Part shown: one piece after another, positions 1 through 5,911 of the stretch
How the letters are laid out: each line of letters opens with the position of its first letter
Position numbering within the stretch: the stretch's first letter is position 1
Assembly (NCBI GenBank): GCA_964584825.1
Contig: CAZPBI010000003.1
Location: 1 to 13,371, forward strand
Length of the DNA stretch: 13,371 nucleotides
Direction: 5' to 3'
Source of the DNA: Candidatus Woesearchaeota archaeon
GTDB lineage: Archaea > Nanobdellota > Nanobdellia > SCGC-AAA011-G17 > JACPIM01
Notes under the pieces: generated by a model
Seen by the model: the letters and a program-made list of their open reading frames with translations, nothing else
What the model was told of the DNA's origin: nothing
Databases searched by the model: none
Made by a program: the position numbers and the translations under genes

Positions 1-207
1 TTTATCAAGAAAATCTTTTGAAATCCATATCCCTTCTTTATCTTGGGCAACAGACTTCATGCTATCATTGCCACATTTGCTCCAATAATTGTTAAAATAA
101 TTAGGGCTTGCTTTAAGCAGCTCTATCATTCTTTTATATGTCTTTGCACATACAAAAGCGTGCATTTGTTTATTCCCAATCATCAGCATCCCATTTGCAT
201 ATTTCAT
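1..207 (-). CDS. hypothetical protein (N-terminal 69 codons; ORF continues past the left edge)
   Basis: ATG 207-205 overlaps the TGA (206-204) of family member A as ATGA, with an SD-like GGCGGAGAG run just upstream. The frame is open for all 69 codons to nt 1 (MKYANGMLMIGNKQMHAFVCAKTYKRMIELLKASPNYFNNYWSKCGND...). It is absent from the track only because its stop lies outside the window. Confidence 0.6.
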   Translation of the reverse strand, partial: MKYANGMLMIGNKQMHAFVCAKTYKRMIELLKASPNYFNNYWSKCGNDSMKSVAQDKEGIWISKDFLDK

Positions 208-539
208 TCTCTCCGCCTCTTTTCCTTCCATTCTTTCAGGAATTGCTTTATATCTACATCATTCCATTCTGGAACATCATTTTGAATAAGGAGTTTTCTG
301 CCATACTTTTTAAGTATCTTTTCAAGTTCCCTGTCGGAGAGGATGTTGAAGCCTGCTCTTTTTAAATCATCTATTTTAATTAATTCTGATTTCAATATTT
401 TTCTTTTATTTTCTTCCAAATGCTTCTGGAATTCATTATGTATTTTTGTTTTTTCTAATTCATAGCCTTCTAATCCATAATCTACAAGAATTAGCCCTAT
501 TTCTTCACAAAGTTTCTCAAAATCTGATTTTTGATTCAT
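204..539 (-). CDS. hypothetical protein, member A of a three-copy family in this window
   Basis: 111 aa track ORF with ATGA overlaps at both ends. It shares the N-terminus MNQKSDFEKLCEE, the central GFNILSD(R/S)E and the C-terminal KQFLK.WKE.RRRE with ORFs 9658-9957 and 11707-11970. Confidence 0.85.
   Translation of the reverse strand: MNQKSDFEKLCEEIGLILVDYGLEGYELEKTKIHNEFQKHLEENKRKILKSELIKIDDLKRAGFNILSDRELEKILKKYGRKLLIQNDVPEWNDVDIKQFLKEWKEKRRRE
331..353 (-). repeat. conserved 23-nt GC-rich block inside family member A
   Basis: The + strand reads ctgtcggagaggatgttgaagcc. It is identical at 11834-11856 and matches 21/23 at 9803-9825. It encodes GFNILSD with uniformly C-ending codons (GGC TTC AAC ATC CTC TCC GAC), unlike the A/T-ending codons used around it. 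Confidence 0.9.
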
Positions 540-739
540 TCTTTTACCTCATGTTCTTCTATTTCAAAGTATGGTTTATGTAAATAATGTTTTTTCGTTA
601 ACTCATTGTCAGAAAGTTTTTCAAGGTCATTAATCTTTCTATCTGCATCTGCCTCATTTGCAAAAACTCCTTCAATTCTATAAACATCATTACACTCATA
701 ACATCCTTTCATTCTACCAGTTATAATATACACCTTCAT
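536..739 (-). CDS. hypothetical protein
   Basis: 67 aa track ORF with ATGA overlaps at both ends (739/736 and 539/536). AGGTGAT SD upstream; one CxxC pair (CYEC). No family recognised. Confidence 0.75.
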   Translation of the reverse strand: MKVYIITGRMKGCYECNDVYRIEGVFANEADADRKINDLEKLSDNELTKKHYLHKPYFEIEEHEVKE

Positions 740-903
740 TTTACATCACCTCTTTTATCATTTACTATATTTTCTTGCCCCATTTCTTCAAAACATTTCT
801 TGCAATAAGTTTTACCATATCCAACCTCTCTTGTTAATTTACCACAATTCTCACAAGTGAACATTGTAAGGTCTTTTCTTATTTTTGCAAATCTTGTTTC
901 CAT
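736..903 (-). CDS. zinc-ribbon mini-protein (55 aa)
   Basis: Hand translation: METRFAKIRKDLTMFTCENCGKLTREVGYGKTYCKKCFEEMGQENIVNDKRGDVK. Two CxxC pairs. A GGAGAT SD lies 6 nt before ATG 903, and the TGA overlaps the next ATG (ATGA). This is the first gene downstream of the promoter-like unit at 947-965. Confidence 0.7.
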   Translation of the reverse strand: METRFAKIRKDLTMFTCENCGKLTREVGYGKTYCKKCFEEMGQENIVNDKRGDVK

Positions 904-1140
904 TTTCTCATCTCCTATTTACATCCTCTATAACGAGGCGCACCACTTATATATAAACCTTTTGTTGGCTTTTCCTCCTATATAATATAAACCCAAACTC
1001 CACAGGTTATATATAAAGGTTTTGTTTGGATTTAATTTTACATTATTTTATATTCTCCTCCTAATTTTGTGTATATAGAGTAGCGAGCGCTATTTATAAA
1101 CCTTTTTGTTGCCGAAACATTTATAAACACCATTCTACAC
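904..1140 (-). promoter_or_regulatory. only sizeable non-coding gap: three tandem promoter/leader-like units
   Basis: Read on the minus strand there are three units: CCAACAAAAGGTTTATATATAA (968-947), CCAAACAAAACCTTTATATATAA (1029-1007) and GGCAACAAAAAGGTTTATAAATA (1113-1091). Each is followed 35-39 nt downstream by an SD-like TAGGAG(G/A) (about 911-918, 974-981, 1055-1064). A weaker fourth TTTATAAA lies at 1120-1127. Confidence 0.6.
947..965 (-). promoter_or_regulatory. archaeal-type promoter (BRE + TATA box) for the operon starting at 903
   Basis: Minus-strand AAAAGG-TTTATATA matches the methanogen box-A consensus AAANNTTTATATA (TATA = + strand 950-957). The expected TSS, 22-27 nt downstream, falls near 925. 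That leaves a leader of about 20 nt containing the GGAGAT SD before ATG 903. Confidence 0.45.
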
Positions 1141-1326
1141 CTATTTCTTACCTATTTGGATAGGGGTATTACCTAATCCATGCCTCTTCACATATTTTCT
1201 CATCATATAACCTGCGAATAAATTATTAGTCATGTGAGAACCTAATCGCCCATAAATTCCTTTAAAAACATAATAATAAACTCTAATACCAAAAGGTAGT
1301 TTATGTGGATGTTGCTTCATTTCCAT
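1141..1326 (-). CDS. small basic hypothetical protein
   Basis: 61 aa track ORF. ATG 1326 abuts the upstream TGA (TGAATG) after a GGGGAAG purine run. It is the last gene before the non-coding gap and ends in TAG. Confidence 0.55.
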   Translation of the reverse strand: MEMKQHPHKLPFGIRVYYYVFKGIYGRLGSHMTNNLFAGYMMRKYVKRHGLGNTPIQIGKK

Positions 1327-1635
1327 TCACTTCCCCTTCCCACATGCATAACAAACATACTCTACAAACTTTCCAATAATCCTTACTTCGGGAAGTAATT
1401 TCAACTCCTCATAATCCTTCTTACTTAAAACATATCCTTTATTACATTTTGGGCATCTGTTGTAGTAGTGTTTAGTATCCCATTTATCCTGCTTAAAATT
1501 AATCCTTGGTTGTGTTATGCTATCTTCTTTTGGGACAATCTCAGCACTATTAAATTCTTTATCTGTCATTTCTGATGTTAAAAACTCTTTGCCTTTACTT
1601 TTTATCTCTTCCCATAAATCTTCATCTTTTCCCAT
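1327..1635 (-). CDS. hypothetical protein with C-terminal zinc ribbon
   Basis: 102 aa track ORF with an acidic N-terminal half and C-terminal CPKC...CYAC. TAGGAGATGAGATGA SD region upstream of ATG 1635. Confidence 0.8.
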   Translation of the reverse strand: MGKDEDLWEEIKSKGKEFLTSEMTDKEFNSAEIVPKEDSITQPRINFKQDKWDTKHYYNRCPKCNKGYVLSKKDYEELKLLPEVRIIGKFVEYVCYACGKGK

Positions 1636-1647
1636 TCATCTCATCTC

Positions 1648-2148
1648 CTATTCATAATTCTCTTGTATGTGTTTAATATCCTTCAAATTGAAACTTTTTA
1701 AATCAACATATCTTATTGAATATCCATTTTTCATAGCATAATAATTCAATACCATTAATGAATAAATATCAGCAATTGAAACTAAAACTCCAAACAACAA
1801 TCCCATATATCCTAATACTAATCCTCCATAAACAACCCCAAACAAAATTCCCAACAACAATACAACAATAAATTGCTTTAACTTCATCTGCTGGAGGCTA
1901 AACCCAGCAATTTGAAATCCAAGAAAGTAAAAATTTTTTAATCTTCCTTTATGCCCAAACATTCTAACTCCAACCCAATGCCCAATCTCATGGACAAAAA
2001 TTATTGAAAGAATTAACCCAACATAAAATAGTGTATTTAAATCTGATATTGTAGAAAGAAGAACAATTCCTACAACAAACATTACAATAATGTAAATCAA
2101 TTTTAGAATTCTTTTATTCATATTTTCACTTACCATACCAAAAATCAT
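1648..2148 (-). CDS. small polytopic membrane protein with HExxH motif (M50/site-2-protease-like metallopeptidase candidate)
   Basis: 166 aa track ORF. A start at ATG 2121 (MNKRILKL...), just after the upstream TGA, is at least as likely. It has four to five hydrophobic segments. VHEIGHWVGVRMFGH resembles the HExGHxxxAxxxG zinc site of M50 proteases (RseP-type HEFGHFWVARRCG). Ends in TAG. Confidence 0.75.
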   Translation of the reverse strand: MIFGMVSENMNKRILKLIYIIVMFVVGIVLLSTISDLNTLFYVGLILSIIFVHEIGHWVGVRMFGHKGRLKNFYFLGFQIAGFSLQQMKLKQFIVVLLLGILFGVVYGGLVLGYMGLLFGVLVSIADIYSLMVLNYYAMKNGYSIRYVDLKSFNLKDIKHIQENYE

Positions 2149-2401
2149 TAAGTTTCTTTTCCAATTTAAATTTCCAATTTAAATAATCCAGCCAAACTAT
2201 ATTGATAATAACAGTAATAATCAAAAGTACAATAAGATTTAAACCTTCTATACCTTTAGTAAATACAAGATAGAGTAAATATAACACTGGTGCAAACAAT
2301 AGAATAACTCCTCCTATAATAACTCCTATCGCTAATAATATGAGTAATATTCCTGGAACAAATCTATCAGCAAAATAATCCTTCTTTAATTTTTTATTCA
2401 T
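2126..2401 (-). CDS. small membrane protein (2 predicted TM segments)
   Basis: 91 aa track ORF with two long hydrophobic stretches (ILLILLAIGVIIGGVILLFAPVLYLLYLVF; LIVLLIITVIINIVWL). GAAGGAATAAACATG start context. Confidence 0.75.
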   Translation of the reverse strand: MNKKLKKDYFADRFVPGILLILLAIGVIIGGVILLFAPVLYLLYLVFTKGIEGLNLIVLLIITVIINIVWLDYLNWKFKLEKKLNDFWYGK

Positions 2402-2403
2402 GT

Positions 2404-2619
2404 TTATTCCTTCTCTTTGTAAACAATCTTATTTCCTATCTTATCAACAATTAAATGTAATGCACCTAAAATAATTATATATACATTAAGAGTAAAGATA
2501 CAAAATGCAAATCCATACCAATGAAAATAATGTTTCCATTCTTTAAAACTTTCCTCAGTTTTAAATAAAGATTTAAAAATCCAAACCCAATCAAATAACA
2601 ACAGTCCAAAAATAAACAT
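2404..2619 (-). CDS. small membrane protein, possibly the C-terminal part of a TAG-interrupted gene
   Basis: 71 aa hydrophobic track ORF. ATG 2619 has no SD-like purine run and no stop/start overlap. It lies in frame 9 nt downstream of the TAG that ends ORF 2629-2787. Confidence 0.6.
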   Translation of the reverse strand: MFIFGLLLFDWVWIFKSLFKTEESFKEWKHYFHWYGFAFCIFTLNVYIIILGALHLIVDKIGNKIVYKEKE

Positions 2620-2628
2620 AACAAGAAG

Positions 2629-2787
2629 CTAACTAAATAATACCCAAGTAAAACTCTGCAAGTTCCATGTAAAGAATTTTGGAGTGCCAAACACTATTGT
2701 AGCAATTATTCCAAAAACTATTGCTAATGCTATATGAACAAAAAACTCAATCCAATCCCACTTGCTTACATTTTCAAAAGTTTTCAT
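2629..2787 (-). CDS. small membrane protein, possibly the N-terminal part of a TAG-interrupted gene
   Basis: Hand translation (52 aa): MKTFENVSKWDWIEFFVHIALAIVFGIIATIVFGTPKFFTWNLQSFTWVLFS. ATG 2787 overlaps the upstream TGA (ATGA). The ORF ends at TAG 2631-2629 in the middle of a hydrophobic stretch. Confidence 0.6.
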   Translation of the reverse strand: MKTFENVSKWDWIEFFVHIALAIVFGIIATIVFGTPKFFTWNLQSFTWVLFS

Positions 2788-3005
2788 GTTTTATATCTCC
2801 AACAATATCTTTTATAAAAAGTATCATCTATCAAAATTGAATTTGAACACTTAATACAAAGACTATTATTATCTGCAAGTTCTGTATTACATTCATTAAA
2901 TTCTTTATTAATCTTTGCTATTTCTATTGTTGTCTGTGCTATAGTCAATACTATAAATATTATCAAAACAAAAGCAAGAATGCCAAAACTAATTTTTAAT
3001 TTCAT
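2784..3005 (-). CDS. membrane-anchored or secreted Cys-containing small protein
   Basis: 73 aa track ORF with an N-terminal hydrophobic anchor (ISFGILAFVLIIFIVLTIA) followed by a tail with 4 Cys. ATGA overlaps at both ends. Confidence 0.8.
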   Translation of the reverse strand: MKLKISFGILAFVLIIFIVLTIAQTTIEIAKINKEFNECNTELADNNSLCIKCSNSILIDDTFYKRYCWRYKT

Positions 3006-3178
3006 TTTCTTTTCTCCTTATAATCAATAAAATAATGTCCTTCACATTTTGAACATTTATAAGAATCATAAACCACTTTATTCCCCCACATATCTTCTCC
3101 TCTTTTATTCTTTTCTATTAATTTCATTTTTGTTTTTTTATGCCATATACAAAAAGGAATTTTTATTTTTTCCATCAT
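3002..3178 (-). CDS. zinc-finger mini-protein (58 aa)
   Basis: Hand translation: MMEKIKIPFCIWHKKTKMKLIEKNKRGEDMWGNKVVYDSYKCSKCEGHYFIDYKEKRK. CxxH...CxxC pattern; ATGA overlaps at both ends. Confidence 0.65.
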   Translation of the reverse strand: MMEKIKIPFCIWHKKTKMKLIEKNKRGEDMWGNKVVYDSYKCSKCEGHYFIDYKEKRK

Positions 3179-3636
3179 CTCTCTCCTATCATTTCAACTT
3201 CTCTAATTTTCTTATCTACACTTACTTTATAATAACTCCTTTTACCACTACTTAAAGAAGTATAAAGACTACATTTTACTATCCAGATTTTGCCTTTTTG
3301 TTTTACTTGTTCTAATCTAAAATTTAATAACCCCATTCCATTTTGAGCAGTTTCAAAATATTCTCTCACTCTTTTTACAACAGTCTCTGAATCTACTTTC
3401 ATACTTCTAACTCTTTCATTAATTACATCAATAATTTTCTTAACATAATAAACACTTTCAATTAAAATCAAAAATCCTATAGCAAAAATAAAATTTATAA
3501 GTAATGTTACAACTATTGCTATTATTACTGGAATTTTATATACATAAGAGTTAGCAATTCCCGAAAATATAGAAATAATAACAATGGCTATGATTAAAAG
3601 AATAAATGTGTTATCCAAATTTGCAATTTCAGTCAT
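3175..3636 (-). CDS. membrane protein with C-terminal soluble domain
   Basis: 153 aa track ORF. The N-terminal ~70 aa are strongly hydrophobic (2-3 TM segments) and the C-terminal ~80 aa are mixed-charge. ATGA overlaps at both ends. Confidence 0.85.
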   Translation of the reverse strand: MTEIANLDNTFILLIIAIVIISIFSGIANSYVYKIPVIIAIVVTLLINFIFAIGFLILIESVYYVKKIIDVINERVRSMKVDSETVVKRVREYFETAQNGMGLLNFRLEQVKQKGKIWIVKCSLYTSLSSGKRSYYKVSVDKKIREVEMIGER

Positions 3637-3830
3637 ATTTTCAGTCCTTTATACTTTTCAGGATGCTCTTTTATAATTTCTTCTAACATTTTATCACATA
3701 TTTTCTTCATCATTTTCATGTGATTTTTATCTTTTTCTAAAATTTTAATTGCCTCAGTGATTTTATCTTGAATTTCTTTTGCTTCTTCTGGATGTTTTCT
3801 TTCATAATCCGAAATTATCTTTTTATTCAT
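3633..3830 (-). CDS. hypothetical charged small protein
   Basis: The track ORF is 3633-3845. I prefer ATG 3830 (MNKKIISDYERKHPEE...) because it forms the ATGA overlap with the upstream stop at 3827-3829. 65 aa. Confidence 0.75.
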   Translation of the reverse strand: MNKKIISDYERKHPEEAKEIQDKITEAIKILEKDKNHMKMMKKICDKMLEEIIKEHPEKYKGLKI

Positions 3831-4201
3831 CTTAATGCTTTCCATAACTCTTTCCCCTTTTTTACTCCCTTTTTTATATGTTCAATCCAATTCTTCTTCT
3901 CAAATTTATCTAAATACTTTCTCGCTGTATTCCAACTAATTTTGCATTCTTTTGCTATCTGTGTTGTTGATTTATATCCAGCATAACTTAACAAACATTC
4001 TAAAATTAATTTTTCTGTTGGGTTTAATCTATACTCCCACTCTTTCAATAATTGTATAGAGAATTTTGTTAATCCTCCTCCAAAACATTCTAAACAAAAT
4101 TCTTTTCCCCACTTATTACAACTTCGTCTGTGCGATAAAACACCTCTATATGTTTTACTATGCCATACAAAATCTTGAATTTCTTCTTCATGCATATTCA
4201 T
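3827..4201 (-). CDS. winged-helix/HTH DNA-binding protein with N-terminal Cys/His-rich region
   Basis: 124 aa track ORF. The N-terminal cluster reads H...H...C-x7-C-x2-C. The C-terminal stretch STTQIAKECKISWNTARKYLDKFEKKNWIE looks like a helix-turn-helix plus wing. Confidence 0.8.
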   Translation of the reverse strand: MNMHEEEIQDFVWHSKTYRGVLSHRRSCNKWGKEFCLECFGGGLTKFSIQLLKEWEYRLNPTEKLILECLLSYAGYKSTTQIAKECKISWNTARKYLDKFEKKNWIEHIKKGVKKGKELWKALR

Positions 4202-4207
4202 CTTTTC

Positions 4208-4528
4208 TCACTCTTCAAAATCACCTTTCAACTTAAAAAACATTTTATTCATTTTCACATTTATATCTTCTTTTTTTGGAAGAATAATTTTCTTTCCAAC
4301 AATTTTGCCTTTTCCAACATTTCTAAAATACACATACTCTATTTCTTTATCAATTGGAAGTATAAATGAACAATGAATCCAAAAAGTATTGTCTTTGTTT
4401 ATTTTCTCAACAAACACCCTTTCTCCAATCCTCCAATGCAATTCTCTATTTACATCCATTAATTTGTTATATTTTACTTTCTTCATGCCTTTAGTAATTT
4501 CTTTAAAATTGTCTTTTTTGCTTTTCAT
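4208..4528 (-). CDS. hypothetical protein
   Basis: 106 aa track ORF. ATG 4528 overlaps the upstream TGA (ATGA). No motif recognised. Confidence 0.8.
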   Translation of the reverse strand: MKSKKDNFKEITKGMKKVKYNKLMDVNRELHWRIGERVFVEKINKDNTFWIHCSFILPIDKEIEYVYFRNVGKGKIVGKKIILPKKEDINVKMNKMFFKLKGDFEE

Positions 4529-5010
4529 CTTTTATCACTCTCTTTCATTTTTAAATTTTTTTCTTTCCTTGCTTCTCTTCTTTTTTTATTTTCTTGTTCT
4601 TTATACAACTTAACTTTGTCAGGATTTCTTTTTCGCCAGTCTTTAATTACTTGCAATATTCTCTTTTTGTTTTTTAAGTAATAATTTCTATAATATTGCA
4701 ATTTTTGATTTCTATGCTCTTTGTAAAATAATTTTGCTTTATATCGTATTTGTTTTCTATATTTTTTATAGTATTCTCTTCTATCATATTTATCTGTGCA
4801 TTCTTTATTGCAAAACTTTTTTCTTCTAATTTTTCTATGACTATCTATAAATGAAAACCAAAACGGCTTACCACATTCTTTACAATATCCATCTGGTGTA
4901 TTGTCTTTTAAAAGTTCAGCTAATGTCATTCTTTCTTTACTTTTATTCATGTGCTCCATAATATCTCCCCAATTATGATATTCATCCCATGCTATCATGA
5001 GTTTTTTCAT
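4525..5010 (-). CDS. zinc-ribbon protein with very basic K/R/Y-rich tail (likely nucleic-acid binding)
   Basis: 161 aa track ORF. CKECGKPF...FCNKEC is followed by YYKKYRKQIRYKAKLFYKEHRNQKLQYYRNYYLKNKKR... ATGA overlaps at both ends. Confidence 0.85.
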   Translation of the reverse strand: MKKLMIAWDEYHNWGDIMEHMNKSKERMTLAELLKDNTPDGYCKECGKPFWFSFIDSHRKIRRKKFCNKECTDKYDRREYYKKYRKQIRYKAKLFYKEHRNQKLQYYRNYYLKNKKRILQVIKDWRKRNPDKVKLYKEQENKKRREARKEKNLKMKESDKR

Positions 5011-5105
5011 CTTTTCTCACCACATTTATCACATTCATGATTTGCACCTCTATTCTTATTCCCACATTCAACACATTTCCAAAATCTTTTTTTGTAAGTT
5101 TTCAT
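5007..5105 (-). CDS. 32-aa RanBP2-type zinc-finger mini-protein
   Basis: Hand translation: MKTYKKRFWKCVECGNKNRGANHECDKCGEKR. It fits W-x-C-x2-C-x3-N-x6-C-x2-C exactly. ATGA overlaps at both ends. Confidence 0.6.
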   Translation of the reverse strand: MKTYKKRFWKCVECGNKNRGANHECDKCGEKR

Positions 5106-5245
5106 ATATTCTCATATTTCCATTCAATTACTTCTCCACACCTTCTACAAAAAACCATCACATCTATTTTTGGTTTATCAATCCAGTTGCTAATATAATC
5201 ATCTCTAATATGCCAAAACAATTTACAGCATAAATTTTCAAGCAT
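5102..5245 (-). CDS. Cys/His mini-protein (47 aa)
   Basis: Hand translation: MLENLCCKLFWHIRDDYISNWIDKPKIDVMVFCRRCGEVIEWKYENI. CC-x4-H...CxxC pattern. ATG 5245 overlaps the end of the upstream gene by 8 nt, and the TGA overlaps the next ATG. Confidence 0.55.
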   Translation of the reverse strand: MLENLCCKLFWHIRDDYISNWIDKPKIDVMVFCRRCGEVIEWKYENI

Positions 5246-5429
5246 TTTCTAACTTTAATTCTCCTTGTAACCATTCATAGAAATCAAAATATGCATCTAA
5301 AGCTTTTTTCATTGCTTCTTCATGATTTAGTTTTAATACTTCTCTATAAGAATTATAGAATTCTATCATTTGCTTTAATGTAGCAAAAACTCCTTCTTTA
5401 CTTCTTATTAATTTCTTTTTAGTTTTCAT
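5238..5429 (-). CDS. hypothetical protein
   Basis: 63 aa track ORF, helical-looking. ATG 5429 overlaps the upstream TGA (ATGA). Confidence 0.75.
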   Translation of the reverse strand: MKTKKKLIRSKEGVFATLKQMIEFYNSYREVLKLNHEEAMKKALDAYFDFYEWLQGELKLENA

Positions 5430-5734
5430 TTCTTCACCCCATGTGAAACCATTGGGTCTATTATTTGAATGAAATCTTCTGAATAATTTAAATCAATCTT
5501 GTCTGTAAGACAACCTATTGCAAGAGCATAAGTTATAGCTTGTTTTTGTTCTGCTTTAATAAGATTATCTTCACAAGACTGGTATAGTTCTAAATTTGAA
5601 TTTGCACCTTCTACACAATATCCTATAAAATCAGAATAAGATTTATCAGCAAATCCCCATCCTAATGTTATACCTGCTGTAAGCAAAATACTGTATGCAA
5701 GAAACATCCAAATTACCTTCAAATCCTTTTTCAT
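5426..5734 (-). CDS. membrane-anchored or secreted protein
   Basis: 102 aa track ORF with an N-terminal hydrophobic anchor (VIWMFLAYSILLTAGITLGWGF) and 3 Cys in the remainder. ATGA overlaps at both ends. Confidence 0.8.
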   Translation of the reverse strand: MKKDLKVIWMFLAYSILLTAGITLGWGFADKSYSDFIGYCVEGANSNLELYQSCEDNLIKAEQKQAITYALAIGCLTDKIDLNYSEDFIQIIDPMVSHGVKK

Positions 5735-5907
5735 TTTCTCACCTTCTTTAAAAATACTCTTTTAAAACAATCATCACAAACACAAAACTCATAACTATTT
5801 CTATCATACCTGCTTCCATACCCAAATGTAATTTCAAATTCCGCACCTTCAATAAAATTCATTCCTGAATAATCACTAATATCTTTTTTACACCAATTAC
5901 ATTTCAT
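5731..5907 (-). CDS. zinc-ribbon mini-protein (58 aa)
   Basis: Hand translation: MKCNWCKKDISDYSGMNFIEGAEFEITFGYGSRYDRNSYEFCVCDDCFKRVFLKKVRK. CxxC...CxCxxC pattern. GGGGGGATGAGAAA SD region upstream; the TGA overlaps the next ATG. Confidence 0.65.
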   Translation of the reverse strand: MKCNWCKKDISDYSGMNFIEGAEFEITFGYGSRYDRNSYEFCVCDDCFKRVFLKKVRK

Positions 5908-5911
5908 TTTC

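Noticed and set aside
1038-1043. ATG-TAA start-stop pair after a strong AGGAGGAG in the intergenic gap, considered as a regulatory mini-ORF.
   Set aside because: It is noted within the promoter-repeat finding. On its own, a 2-codon ORF in AT-rich DNA with an 11-nt spacer is too likely to be chance to call as a feature.
2475-2690. Minus-strand 71-aa ORF bridging the 2619/2629 junction in another frame.
   Set aside because: It starts at a TTG with no SD and has an odd Cys/Leu-rich composition. It overlaps two ORFs whose frame gives clean TM helices and an ATGA-coupled start, so it is most likely spurious.
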